Source: Candidatus Aenigmatarchaeota archaeon
GTDB taxonomy: Archaea > Aenigmatarchaeota > Aenigmatarchaeia > CG10238-14 > SCSR01
Direction of reading: 5' to 3'
Length of the DNA stretch: 38,295 bases
Assembly (NCBI GenBank): GCA_039091335.1
Contig: JAWCME010000003.1
Location: forward strand, 1 to 38,295
Shown here piece by piece: positions 7,942-16,861 of the stretch; the first letter of the stretch is position 1; each line of letters begins with the position of its first letter. The notes under the pieces were generated by a model that saw only the letters and a list, made by a program, of their open reading frames with translations, was not told the DNA's origin and searched no databases. Made by a program: the position numbers and the translations under genes.

Positions 7942-9093
7942 ATGGAATGGCAGGAAATTTTGGTAAGATATGGAGAAATATTCCTAAAATCGGAGTTTGT
8001 CAGAAGAGAATATGAAAGAAGGTTGGTGGAGAATATAAAACATGCGATTAAAAAAAAGAATATAGAATTTGAGATTTATAGGGAAAGGGGAAGGATTTTT
8101 ATTAAAACAAGAAAAATTTCTCCTGTTTGCAAAATCCTTAGAAAAATTTTTGGGATAATTTCTTTTTCTCCCTGCGTGCATTTGAAAACGGATAAAAAAG
8201 AGGAAATAGTTGATTTTTTTAAAAACAATTTCAATAGCTTTATAAAAAAAGGAAAGACTTTTGCCGTTTCCGTTAAAAGAGTTGGTAAACAAAATTACTC
8301 GAGTCAAGAATTGGCTAGAGATATAGGAAATGTTATTAAAAGAAGGGTTAATCTTTCAAATCCAGATGTAAAGATTTTTGTAGAAATAAGGGACGGAAAT
8401 ACTTACATATACACAAGAAAAATTAGGGGTTTGGGTGGAATGCCTGTTGGAAGTTCAGAAAAGGCTGTAGCTTTAATCTCTGGTGGCATAGACTCTCCTG
8501 TTGCCTCTTGGTTCGCAATGAAGAGGGGATGCAAAGTTGTTTTTGTTCATTTCCATAGCTTTCCACTTGTTTCAAGAAAAAGTATAGAAAAGACTAAAGA
8601 ATTGGTAAGGGTTTTGAATGAATATCAAGGGAGGAGTAAGCTTTATTTAATTCCTTTCTCAGAGATTCAGAGTAGGATAAAAACATCTGTGCCAGCAAAG
8701 TATAGAATAATATTCTATAGAAGGATGATGTTTAAAATTGCAGAATTAATTTCAAAGAAAGAAGGAGCAAAATCTTTAGTTACAGGCGAAAGCCTTGGTC
8801 AAGTTTCTTCACAGACATTGAGCAATATTGCTGTTATAGAAGAGGCAACAAAAATCCCTATATTGAGGCCATTAATCGGGATGGACAAATCTGAAATAAT
8901 TGAAATTGCAAAGAAAATAAAAACTTATGAAATATCAATAAGACCGCAAGAGGATTGTTGTACCCTATTTGTTCCAAAACACCCAACAACCAGGGCAAAA
9001 GAAGAATTGGTTAAAAAAATAGAAAGTAAGTTAAAAATGAAAAAAGAGGTCAAAGAAGCAATAAAGGGAGTTGAAGTTGTTTTTTATAAATAA
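7942..9093 (+). CDS. thiI: tRNA 4-thiouridine synthase ThiI
   Basis: VRYGEIFLKS, THUMP region, GLGGMPVGS, PP-loop SGGIDS, TGESLGQVSSQTL, EDCC. Confidence 0.95.
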   Translation: MEWQEILVRYGEIFLKSEFVRREYERRLVENIKHAIKKKNIEFEIYRERGRIFIKTRKISPVCKILRKIFGIISFSPCVHLKTDKKEEIVDFFKNNFNSFIKKGKTFAVSVKRVGKQNYSSQELARDIGNVIKRRVNLSNPDVKIFVEIRDGNTYIYTRKIRGLGGMPVGSSEKAVALISGGIDSPVASWFAMKRGCKVVFVHFHSFPLVSRKSIEKTKELVRVLNEYQGRSKLYLIPFSEIQSRIKTSVPAKYRIIFYRRMMFKIAELISKKEGAKSLVTGESLGQVSSQTLSNIAVIEEATKIPILRPLIGMDKSEIIEIAKKIKTYEISIRPQEDCCTLFVPKHPTTRAKEELVKKIESKLKMKKEVKEAIKGVEVVFYK

Positions 9094-9131
9094 AAAAATT
9101 TTTATTTTAATTTAACCTATTTTTAAATTCT

Positions 9132-9836
9132 ATGAGAGTATTGGAAGTAAATAATGTGACAAAAATATTCAAGAGCAACAGAAATGTTGTCGCACTCAAT
9201 AATATAAATCTTAAAATAGATGAAAAAGAGTTTTTTGGGTTACTTGGCCCGAATGGCGCTGGAAAAACAACCCTTCTAAACATAATATTAACTATAATAA
9301 TTCCTGATAAAGGAGAGGTTAAAATTTTTGGTAAAAACCCGTTTTTAGATGCTGAAGCTCTGCGAAAATTAAATTATGTTCCAGTAGAAAAACCATATTC
9401 TCATCTAAAGGTGAAAGACTTCTTGTATTGTTATGCAAAATTGTATGGAGTAGAAATAAAAAGAATAAAATATGTTATGAGAAAGTTTAAGCTTTCTAGC
9501 CTGAAAGAAAAGGAGTGTTGGACTCTATCTACGGGGGAGCTTAGTCGTGTTGCACTTGCTAAATCTCTTCTCAACAAACCAAAACTCTTGATTTTAGACG
9601 AGCCAACCTTTGGCCTTGACCCGAAAAACAAGATTGAAGTTCAAAAAACATTGAAAAAAATTAATAAAAATGGTACTACCATATTTTTTGCTACCCATGA
9701 TATGGTTGAGGCTGAGAGACTCGCTACTAAAGTAGCATTTATAAAATCCGGCAAAATTCTTGATGTTAGAGAAAAAAAAGAAATTGTTAAAAAATTTGGA
9801 AGTTTAGAAGAATACTGGATAAGGTTGGGAAAATGA
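9132..9836 (+). CDS. ABC transporter ATP-binding protein
   Basis: GPNGAGKTT, LSTGE, LILDEPT, THDM. Confidence 0.93.
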   Translation: MRVLEVNNVTKIFKSNRNVVALNNINLKIDEKEFFGLLGPNGAGKTTLLNIILTIIIPDKGEVKIFGKNPFLDAEALRKLNYVPVEKPYSHLKVKDFLYCYAKLYGVEIKRIKYVMRKFKLSSLKEKECWTLSTGELSRVALAKSLLNKPKLLILDEPTFGLDPKNKIEVQKTLKKINKNGTTIFFATHDMVEAERLATKVAFIKSGKILDVREKKEIVKKFGSLEEYWIRLGK

Positions 9837-10606
9837 ATATTTCAAGGATTGTAACACTTGTTAGAAGGGACTATTTGATGTTTATTAAATCTAAGTGGAG
9901 GTGGATGGAGTTTTTCTATTTTCCAATAACTTCTTTGATAATGTGGGGGATATTTACTCTATGGACAAGGGAATTTGCAAGTGTGGCTGGAAGAGTTGCG
10001 CTCGTAGTAAATGTTTTTTGGAGTTATGCCTATGTTGTTCAAAGCACCATAAATTTGAGTATTAACGAGGATGCATGGCATGGTGAGATTCATCATCTCT
10101 TTATTACTGGGATTGGGAAATGGGAATATTTGTTTGCAAGAATAGTATTTGGTGTTTTAGTTTCCTTTGCAAACCTTATTATAATGATTTTAATTATGCA
10201 CTTCCTATTCCTAAATATTTCGAGTATAGTATTTCCAATAATTTTGTTCTGTATATCAACTGCCTTTATTTCAGTTGCATTGGCAATTTTAATTACTGGC
10301 CTAATATTTATGCTTGGGAGAGATTTTACATGGCTCGCTTGGTCAGCTCTGCAGTTTTTTATCTTACTTTCTTTCCCTTTGGCGCCACTTGAAATTTTTC
10401 CTTATAACATTCAAACTATAGCAAAAGTTATGCCTTATGGAAATCTGTTTCAAAGTATAAGAAATTTAGTGATGTATAAGCCTTGGGTGGAGTATCTAAG
10501 GTCATCAGTTTTATTGGGTTTCGTATATCTTGTAATTTCTTTGTTTTTATACGATTTTGGGTTTGATTTTTCAAGAAAAACTGGGAAGTTTGCGAAGATG
10601 TTCTAA
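9833..10606 (+). CDS. ABC-2 type transporter permease
   Basis: About six hydrophobic segments; ATGA overlap with the ATPase gene. Confidence 0.85.
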   Translation: MNISRIVTLVRRDYLMFIKSKWRWMEFFYFPITSLIMWGIFTLWTREFASVAGRVALVVNVFWSYAYVVQSTINLSINEDAWHGEIHHLFITGIGKWEYLFARIVFGVLVSFANLIIMILIMHFLFLNISSIVFPIILFCISTAFISVALAILITGLIFMLGRDFTWLAWSALQFFILLSFPLAPLEIFPYNIQTIAKVMPYGNLFQSIRNLVMYKPWVEYLRSSVLLGFVYLVISLFLYDFGFDFSRKTGKFAKMF

Positions 10607-10707
10607 CTCGGCAATTGTTGTTTTTAATTTAAGAATAGATACGAAAATTAAATCGAACTTTACACCAGATGTAGTGGGATATGCAAAATCAAAATTAGTT
10701 TATTATA

Positions 10708-11325
10708 TCAAACTAGTTTCATCGCTTTATATAACATCTTTTCTAATTTCATTAACTTTCTTTGGTAAGAAGGAGTAGCAAGGTTTATGCTACTTTCTGG
10801 AACTTCTCTTGGAGCACCTAACATACTACTCGCAAAAAATTCTTTTCCATATCCCAGCTTAAGCAGCATTCTATCTGAGATGTACTTAACCATTTCCCAT
10901 CTTTTATCCCTTTTAACTTCTTCTTCAGTTCTAGGATCGCCTGCCAATAAGCATTCTATTTGATATTCTTTTCCCAAAATTTTTCTAGCGTCATAACTTA
11001 GTCTTGGAATATGCCAATAGTTTGAAATAGGACATACTTTATCTACATGCTCTAGAGAAGCAAGAAGAGAAAGTAACATCTTACAATAATATAAGTTAGA
11101 TAGTGTACTATAAGAGAATGGTTCTACCACAATTTTTTCTCTATCAACGCCTTTATTTACTATATAAAAAGTAATTGAATCTGCTTCATTTTTTCCACAA
11201 ACTATGAGCATGTCTACTATAGAAGTGCCATATGCTTCAATTGCTCTATCAGCCCTTGCTTTTGTATGAAGTTGTAAACTTCCGTCTGGATTAATACCAG
11301 CCCCATGAACTATTCCTACTTTCAT
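10708..11325 (-). CDS. YdcF/DUF218 (ElyC/SanA-like) protein
   Basis: VHGAG, ARADRA, IVCG, EPFSYSTLSN, SNYWHIPR. Confidence 0.8.
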   Translation of the reverse strand: MKVGIVHGAGINPDGSLQLHTKARADRAIEAYGTSIVDMLIVCGKNEADSITFYIVNKGVDREKIVVEPFSYSTLSNLYYCKMLLSLLASLEHVDKVCPISNYWHIPRLSYDARKILGKEYQIECLLAGDPRTEEEVKRDKRWEMVKYISDRMLLKLGYGKEFFASSMLGAPREVPESSINLATPSYQRKLMKLEKMLYKAMKLV

Positions 11326-11359
11326 GATATTATGAAAAATCTTAAAAGATTTAAATCTA

Positions 11360-11608
11360 TCATCTAGATTTCCAGCGCATAATCAGAAAGAAAGAGATTA
11401 TAACAATAAAGGAAAATAATATCATCCAAACAGAAAATTCAGGAATAGCTACTTGATATCCTGTAATAGAAGGTTGTTGTGAAATCCAAATAAATCTTCC
11501 TTGCAAAGAAGAAGCAAAGATTAAAGTAATAACTGATAATACAACTAAGGCTGAAGCTACTATACTTCTCTTATGAAATTTCCAAACTTCTTTTAATATT
11601 TCTTCCAT
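11360..11608 (-). CDS. Small membrane protein with PEF-CTERM-like tail
   Basis: N-terminal hydrophobic helix; IPEFS + TM helix + basic end RWKSR. Confidence 0.6.
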   Translation of the reverse strand: MEEILKEVWKFHKRSIVASALVVLSVITLIFASSLQGRFIWISQQPSITGYQVAIPEFSVWMILFSFIVIISFFLIMRWKSR

Positions 11609-12006
11609 TTAAACCAACTCGCCTCTATATCACATATTTGATGAATTAATAGATTAATTCCGATGATTAAAGAATATGAAGGAAAAAGATTTAAAGTTAA
11701 CGAATACACTAAAAGTGAGATTATAGCGTGAAAGGCTGATCTACTCCAAGAAGGATAATACAATTTTCCCTCTTTATAGAATTCAGAAAATAATTTACTA
11801 GGCATATATTTTTCTCTTAAAATGATTTTTATTGCACTTTTGCCTCTTGTCATAATAGAATACAAAAGATGATCAAGATCTATTAGAGTACCAAAAATTA
11901 CGCCGACAATTATCCAAATTATACCATTTTGTATGTCTAAACCAAGATAAGTAACTAGTATGTAAGAAACTACCATACTTATAGCTGCATGTTGCCAAAG
12001 GTACAT
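11593..12006 (-). CDS. Membrane-bound putative metal-dependent hydrolase (YdjM-like)
   Basis: N-terminal His, IDLDH, FH and HQICD motifs among TM segments. Confidence 0.7.
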   Translation of the reverse strand: MYLWQHAAISMVVSYILVTYLGLDIQNGIIWIIVGVIFGTLIDLDHLLYSIMTRGKSAIKIILREKYMPSKLFSEFYKEGKLYYPSWSRSAFHAIISLLVYSLTLNLFPSYSLIIGINLLIHQICDIEASWFKWKKY

Positions 12007-12214
12007 ATTAGAAAATGGGGGCTTTAGAGAAAAATCTTTATACTTTTAAACTTTTCGTGAGAATTTTAAAATTTAAAATTATTCTACTCCTACAAGAGTA
12101 GCAACTATAATTTCTCTTAAGTTCAGTGATTGATAGCAATCTAGCTATGAATGAGTATAAATAAAACATATTATGACAGAAGGAAAAATAATAATTAGAA
12201 GGTAAGATGAGAAA

Positions 12215-13810
12215 ATGAGTAAAAATTATCTTGTGTCGATATTCGCATTTCTTATAATTTTACTATTTACATTATCTTTAGTTAAAGCCGACGGAGGAAT
12301 GATAGTAAGACCAATCATACTTAAGTCAATAGCTGAAACACACCAAATAGCTACAATTAGATTAGATTCGGACCAGAAGACTGCAGAAATTAGCTTGTTT
12401 ATTTCTCTTACTGATTTATCTTCAGAATCGCACGATATAAAGTTTTTTATACCATTTAAAGACAAACCATTAAGTTTCAATATAGTCGACACAACTCTTA
12501 ATGATTTTTCAAAGACCGAGGGAATAGATGAAATTGACCAGAAAATAGCAGAACAAGAAAGATTGAAGAGTGAAATAAAAGATCATTATTTGACCTCTCT
12601 CATAGGTCCCGGTCTTTTAATTTCACCAGCTCCTTTGGCTTACTTTTATATTAGTGGTACTTTTATGGGAGGTGGATTAGGACCATCAGAGATATTACAA
12701 TTTGGAACATCTCGTGTTGAAATATACCAAATAACTTCTGAAGCAGATTTAAATTCTCTTATTCAAGAAGTAGGTTTACCAGAAAATATTGCAAGTAGAT
12801 ATAGAGAATATGGCAATATGTACATTTATCTTGTGAATATGAAATCTTCACCAGTAATAACAACAGCTACTAATTTACAGACAAATTGTCCTGAAACATA
12901 TAAGAAAGTTATCGATTATATTCGGGAGCATAAAGAAATAACAACTTACAGATGGGAACCAGTACCTCGTGAAGCATACATATTTATAGCAGAATGCCCC
13001 CAAGCAGAAGATGATATAATTAATCTTTTTAGAGGGATATTTACTCCAACAGAAAGAGAAATAAAAGGTGCGAAGTTAACATGGAAGCTAAGTCTTACAC
13101 AAAAACCTGAAGGGTATTATGTATGGTATCCCTTAGGAACCGGTAAACTTTGGGATTATCCAATTGATATGATTAAGATTTATACATTCCCAGGAAATTT
13201 TAAAAATATTAAACTTTCCCATTCTTCAACAAAATTATCTCTTAGTGAAGATGTTCATATAGTGAAATTAGAAAATGCAAATCCAAGTAATGATTTGGAA
13301 ATTTATGCTTCTACTGAGCTTTCGTTAGTAGACAAAATTAGTTCATCATTCTCCAGAAGTATAAAAGGGTTTGCTTTTAGTTTACTTACAGTAGCAAACT
13401 CTTGGGTTATATATCCGATTGTTCTGTTAACTTTTGTAGCTTCGTGGATAGTCGGATTTAAATTATTTTTAGTGTACGTATTAAAGAAAGATTTGAAGTT
13501 TCCAAGCTTAATCAAAGAATCTTTACTAAGCTTTGGTGTGTTTATTGGATCATCTTGGATTGGAACAATATTAACTGGTATTTTAGTAATTCCATTAATT
13601 TTTGTAGGAGCTTGGATCTTGGCTATACCGCTCTTACCCATAGGAGCACTTGGTTTATTTGCATTTTATAACAAATCTAAATACAAAACAACATGGAAAC
13701 AGGGATTTGTATTTAGTTTACTTTTACTTGTCAAATGTCTACTAGTATTTGGGGTATTGTTTGGTATAGGATATTTACTAATTCTTGGCCTATCTGCAAT
13801 TGTATTCTAA
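12215..13810 (+). CDS. Membrane-anchored surface protein of unknown function
   Basis: Signal peptide ending VKA-DGG, large soluble region, several C-terminal TM helices. Confidence 0.7.
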   Translation: MSKNYLVSIFAFLIILLFTLSLVKADGGMIVRPIILKSIAETHQIATIRLDSDQKTAEISLFISLTDLSSESHDIKFFIPFKDKPLSFNIVDTTLNDFSKTEGIDEIDQKIAEQERLKSEIKDHYLTSLIGPGLLISPAPLAYFYISGTFMGGGLGPSEILQFGTSRVEIYQITSEADLNSLIQEVGLPENIASRYREYGNMYIYLVNMKSSPVITTATNLQTNCPETYKKVIDYIREHKEITTYRWEPVPREAYIFIAECPQAEDDIINLFRGIFTPTEREIKGAKLTWKLSLTQKPEGYYVWYPLGTGKLWDYPIDMIKIYTFPGNFKNIKLSHSSTKLSLSEDVHIVKLENANPSNDLEIYASTELSLVDKISSSFSRSIKGFAFSLLTVANSWVIYPIVLLTFVASWIVGFKLFLVYVLKKDLKFPSLIKESLLSFGVFIGSSWIGTILTGILVIPLIFVGAWILAIPLLPIGALGLFAFYNKSKYKTTWKQGFVFSLLLLVKCLLVFGVLFGIGYLLILGLSAIVF

Positions 13811-14122
13811 TTTCACTAATAAGCAATTCATCAAAATTTCTGTTATTGTGTGCGCATTAGTGTTGTACGTAACAAATTATGAGCAAAACTGCGAGTTAAT
13901 CTATCAAATTAACTATCAGTTATAGTAAAAATTAAAGTAAGAAATCTAATAATGCAACAGCCTCTAACAACCTACATTTCCCTAATCCATCGGGATAATT
14001 TGGTTTCCCTTCTAGGGAAATGTTGGAAGGGTCTAGATAGCAAGAAGAGAATTACCGACACTTCATAATCATATAGAAGCATAAGTGATGTGTCGGTAAA
14101 CTGAGCAAGACCAGATCATATT

Positions 14123-14401
14123 TTAACTAATGTGTAAATAATTTATCTTCCTATTCCTTTTCACTACAATTAAGACTTTGCATTTAACTTTACTTCGCAA
14201 TTTTCTTAATTCATCAATTTCCTCTTTAGTCACTTCTTTAGTTTTGCATTGAATCAAAACTGGAATGCCTTCTTTTATTGCCACTAAATCAATGGGAGAC
14301 TTAGACCCAGCACTTCTTATCACAAAATACCCTTTATTTTCAAAATCTTTCTTAATTCTCCTTTCAAAGTTTACCCCATTTACATAGTATTTGTTAGGCA
14401 T
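14123..14401 (-). CDS. Hjc-like PD-(D/E)XK nuclease
   Basis: GVNFER, GYFVIRSAGS, IDLVAIK, LIQCK. Confidence 0.8.
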   Translation of the reverse strand: MPNKYYVNGVNFERRIKKDFENKGYFVIRSAGSKSPIDLVAIKEGIPVLIQCKTKEVTKEEIDELRKLRSKVKCKVLIVVKRNRKINYLHIS

Positions 14402-15249
14402 ATGACCTCACTTATTTTTCTTTCTAATTCTTTCAAATGTTTTTCAGTTACTAGCAGTATGTTTTCAGAACGGTAGTGAATGTAAACATTAGTATTAAAC
14501 CCATATGCTATCATAACTGGTAGAATTACTCCATCAAAATGTCTTATCTTCTGCAAGAATTCTACTACCTGATTCAATCCAACTACAAAAGATTTTATCT
14601 CTATCAGTAGCTGAATTGGTGGTAATATTCCAAACAACTTCAAGCTTATCTTAGCATCCAAGTACTTACCTTCGGGAGTACCAGGATGTCTTATAAGTTC
14701 AGCAGAATGACCTTTACTTCTTAGATAATCGCGTAATCTTTCTAAGAAGCTGAATACTTTCTTTTCAAATTCCAATCCTTCTATTCTTATCTTAGATTTG
14801 ATATCGTCAATACTCTTATCTATTTCAGAATAGTCTGGTTTAATATCATACCTATAAAATACAATGAATCCTTTGTATCTCTCAGATTTAACATAACCCC
14901 AGTTAGAGAAAGTTCTTCTAAGCCAATTCTCCATCTCATCTACACTAAGACCAGTTTTACTCCTTAATTCTTCGTAAGTAAAAACTCTAGGAGAAGTCAT
15001 TATCAACTTTAGACTTTCTCTTACAGAAGAAGAACATAGACTAAACAGTTTGATATTAATCTTCTTGTAATCTTTTAACAAGGAGTAAATGTAACCATAA
15101 GTACTAGCCAAACAAGAACTTCTAGTGATATATCCTTTCTTATACAACTTACAAAGAATATTCTGTACGAACTTCCTTTCTTTATTAGAAGAAGCATTCA
15201 TAGAGTTAGATATTTCAAAAGAACTCAAAGGACCTCTTTCTTTCAGCAA
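14380..15249 (-). CDS. Winged-HTH plus restriction-endonuclease-like (Mrr-type PD-(D/E)XK) protein; start uncertain
   Basis: N-terminal wHTH-like segment (LKERGPLSSFEIS...LCKLYKKGYI); GLEFEKKV, YLDAK, IEIKS; TTG 15249 chosen, frame stays open into tRNA-Pro. Confidence 0.65.
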   Translation of the reverse strand: MLKERGPLSSFEISNSMNASSNKERKFVQNILCKLYKKGYITRSSCLASTYGYIYSLLKDYKKINIKLFSLCSSSVRESLKLIMTSPRVFTYEELRSKTGLSVDEMENWLRRTFSNWGYVKSERYKGFIVFYRYDIKPDYSEIDKSIDDIKSKIRIEGLEFEKKVFSFLERLRDYLRSKGHSAELIRHPGTPEGKYLDAKISLKLFGILPPIQLLIEIKSFVVGLNQVVEFLQKIRHFDGVILPVMIAYGFNTNVYIHYRSENILLVTEKHLKELERKISEVICLTNTM

Positions 15250-15328
15250 TAGAATTATTTTCTTACTACTTTCACTCCTTACCTTTTTCAGTACATCTTT
15301 AAAACTAAGGAAAAGATAGGAATTGAGA

Positions 15329-15403
15329 TGGGGTTGCTGGGATTTGAACCCAGGTTTTGCGGGCCCAAGCCGCAAGGCCTAGACCAAACTAGCCGACAAC
15401 CCC
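15329..15403 (-). tRNA. tRNA-Pro(UGG), intronless
   Basis: GGGGTTG/CAACCCC acceptor; TGCGG-CTTGGGC-CCGCA anticodon arm; CTGGG-TTCAAAT-CCCAG T-arm; 75 nt. Confidence 0.95.
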
Positions 15404-15464
15404 ATAATATGCATTATTTAAAATGAGCAAATAAACAATATTAAATTTAAATTTTTTTATCAAA

Positions 15465-15551
15465 TGGGGCTGCCGAGATTTGAACTCGGGTTGCCGGCAC
15501 CCCAAGCCGGAGTACTAGACCATTCTAGATTATTACCTATACTACAGCCCC
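15465..15551 (-). tRNA. tRNA-Pro(GGG) with ~12-nt D-loop intron (about 15523-15534)
   Basis: GGGGCTG/CAGCCCC; CCGGC-TTGGGGT-GCCGG; D-loop 12 nt longer than in the neighbouring tRNA-Pro, relaxed BHB. Confidence 0.9.
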
Positions 15552-15584
15552 AACATTATTTCTTTTGAAATTAAAATTTAAATT

Positions 15585-16859
15585 ATGGTCTATGAAACAA
15601 TAGTTGGAAGAACAAAAGAAGATTTTGAAAAATTTGGTTATTCTTGCTCTGGTTATATTGGAAAACACATAGTTGGAATAGGAGAAGACGCACATCTCAC
15701 AACTCCGGTTAGAATTGATTTACTTCGCCCACACGTAATACTTTGTTCAGGAAAACGGGGAAGTGGAAAGAGCTATTCCATTGCCGTAATACTTGAGGAA
15801 TTTTTATCTTTAGAGAAAGATTATAGCGAAAAAACCGCTGCTGTTGTTTTTGATCCAATGGGTATATACTGGAGCATGAAGATGCCAAACTTAGAGCAAA
15901 TAAACCTTTTAAAACAATGGAACTTAGAACCAACCGGCTTTTCAAAAGTTAAGGTTTATGTCCCTTTAGAACTTAAAGAGGTATATGAAAACGCAGGAAT
16001 TCCTGTTGACCAAACTATTTCCATTTCTACAAGAGATTTTTCTCCTGATGATTGGGCCTTAGCTTTTAACTTCGAAAAGACAAGTGAGTTTGCAATTCAT
16101 CTTGAAAGAAAAATTAACAGCATATTAGAAGAAGGCATAGATTTTGATATAGATGAGATAATCACTAGGATAAAGGATGATATGCAAATATCACAACATG
16201 TGAAAAATGTTTTGAATAGCTATCTTGAAGTTTCCAAGGGCTGGGGAATTTTTTCAAAAAAAGGAATGAATATAAACGATATTGTTAAAGGTGGTGAAAT
16301 TAGTGTAATAGACCTTTCTAGAGTAAGAGGGGAAGAGTGGGGGGTAAGAAATCTATTGGCTGCATGGATTACAAGACAAGTTTACAAAGAAAGAGTGTTA
16401 GCCAGGAAGGAGGAAGAAGTTGCAAAAATCGAAAAGAAAGAAATAAAGAAATCTTTTCCTCTTACTTGGCTTGTGTTTGAAGAGGCCCACAATTTTATTC
16501 CATCAGACAAACAAACTGTATCATCTGAACCTATAAAAATAATAGCAAAGCAAGGAAGAGAGCCAGGAATTGGTTTGATTGTAATTACACAACAGCCAAA
16601 TAAGGTTCATACTGATGTTTTATCACAATCTGATATTGTTTTTTCTTTTAGATTAACAGCAAGGTCTGACTTAGATGCTTTGAGTGCAGTGATGCAGAGG
16701 TATGTGACAGAAGAACTGTGGAAATATATTAATAATTTACCACGTGGAATACATGGAGCATGTGTAATTCTTGATGACAACTTAGAAAAAATATTCTCGG
16801 TTGCAATTAGACCAAGAAAATCTTGGCATTCTGGAGGCACTGCAGCAATTTCTGTTTAA
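15585..16859 (+). CDS. HerA/FtsK-superfamily ATPase (DUF87-type)
   Basis: GKRGSGKS, VFDPMG, VFEEAH, KQGREPG, ITQQP. Confidence 0.88.
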   Translation: MVYETIVGRTKEDFEKFGYSCSGYIGKHIVGIGEDAHLTTPVRIDLLRPHVILCSGKRGSGKSYSIAVILEEFLSLEKDYSEKTAAVVFDPMGIYWSMKMPNLEQINLLKQWNLEPTGFSKVKVYVPLELKEVYENAGIPVDQTISISTRDFSPDDWALAFNFEKTSEFAIHLERKINSILEEGIDFDIDEIITRIKDDMQISQHVKNVLNSYLEVSKGWGIFSKKGMNINDIVKGGEISVIDLSRVRGEEWGVRNLLAAWITRQVYKERVLARKEEEVAKIEKKEIKKSFPLTWLVFEEAHNFIPSDKQTVSSEPIKIIAKQGREPGIGLIVITQQPNKVHTDVLSQSDIVFSFRLTARSDLDALSAVMQRYVTEELWKYINNLPRGIHGACVILDDNLEKIFSVAIRPRKSWHSGGTAAISV

Positions 16860-16861
16860 AA

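Noticed and set aside
10630..15403. Complete provirus or integrative element with att sites
   Set aside because: No integrase, capsid or replication gene, and no duplicated tRNA-Pro 3' end found by eye
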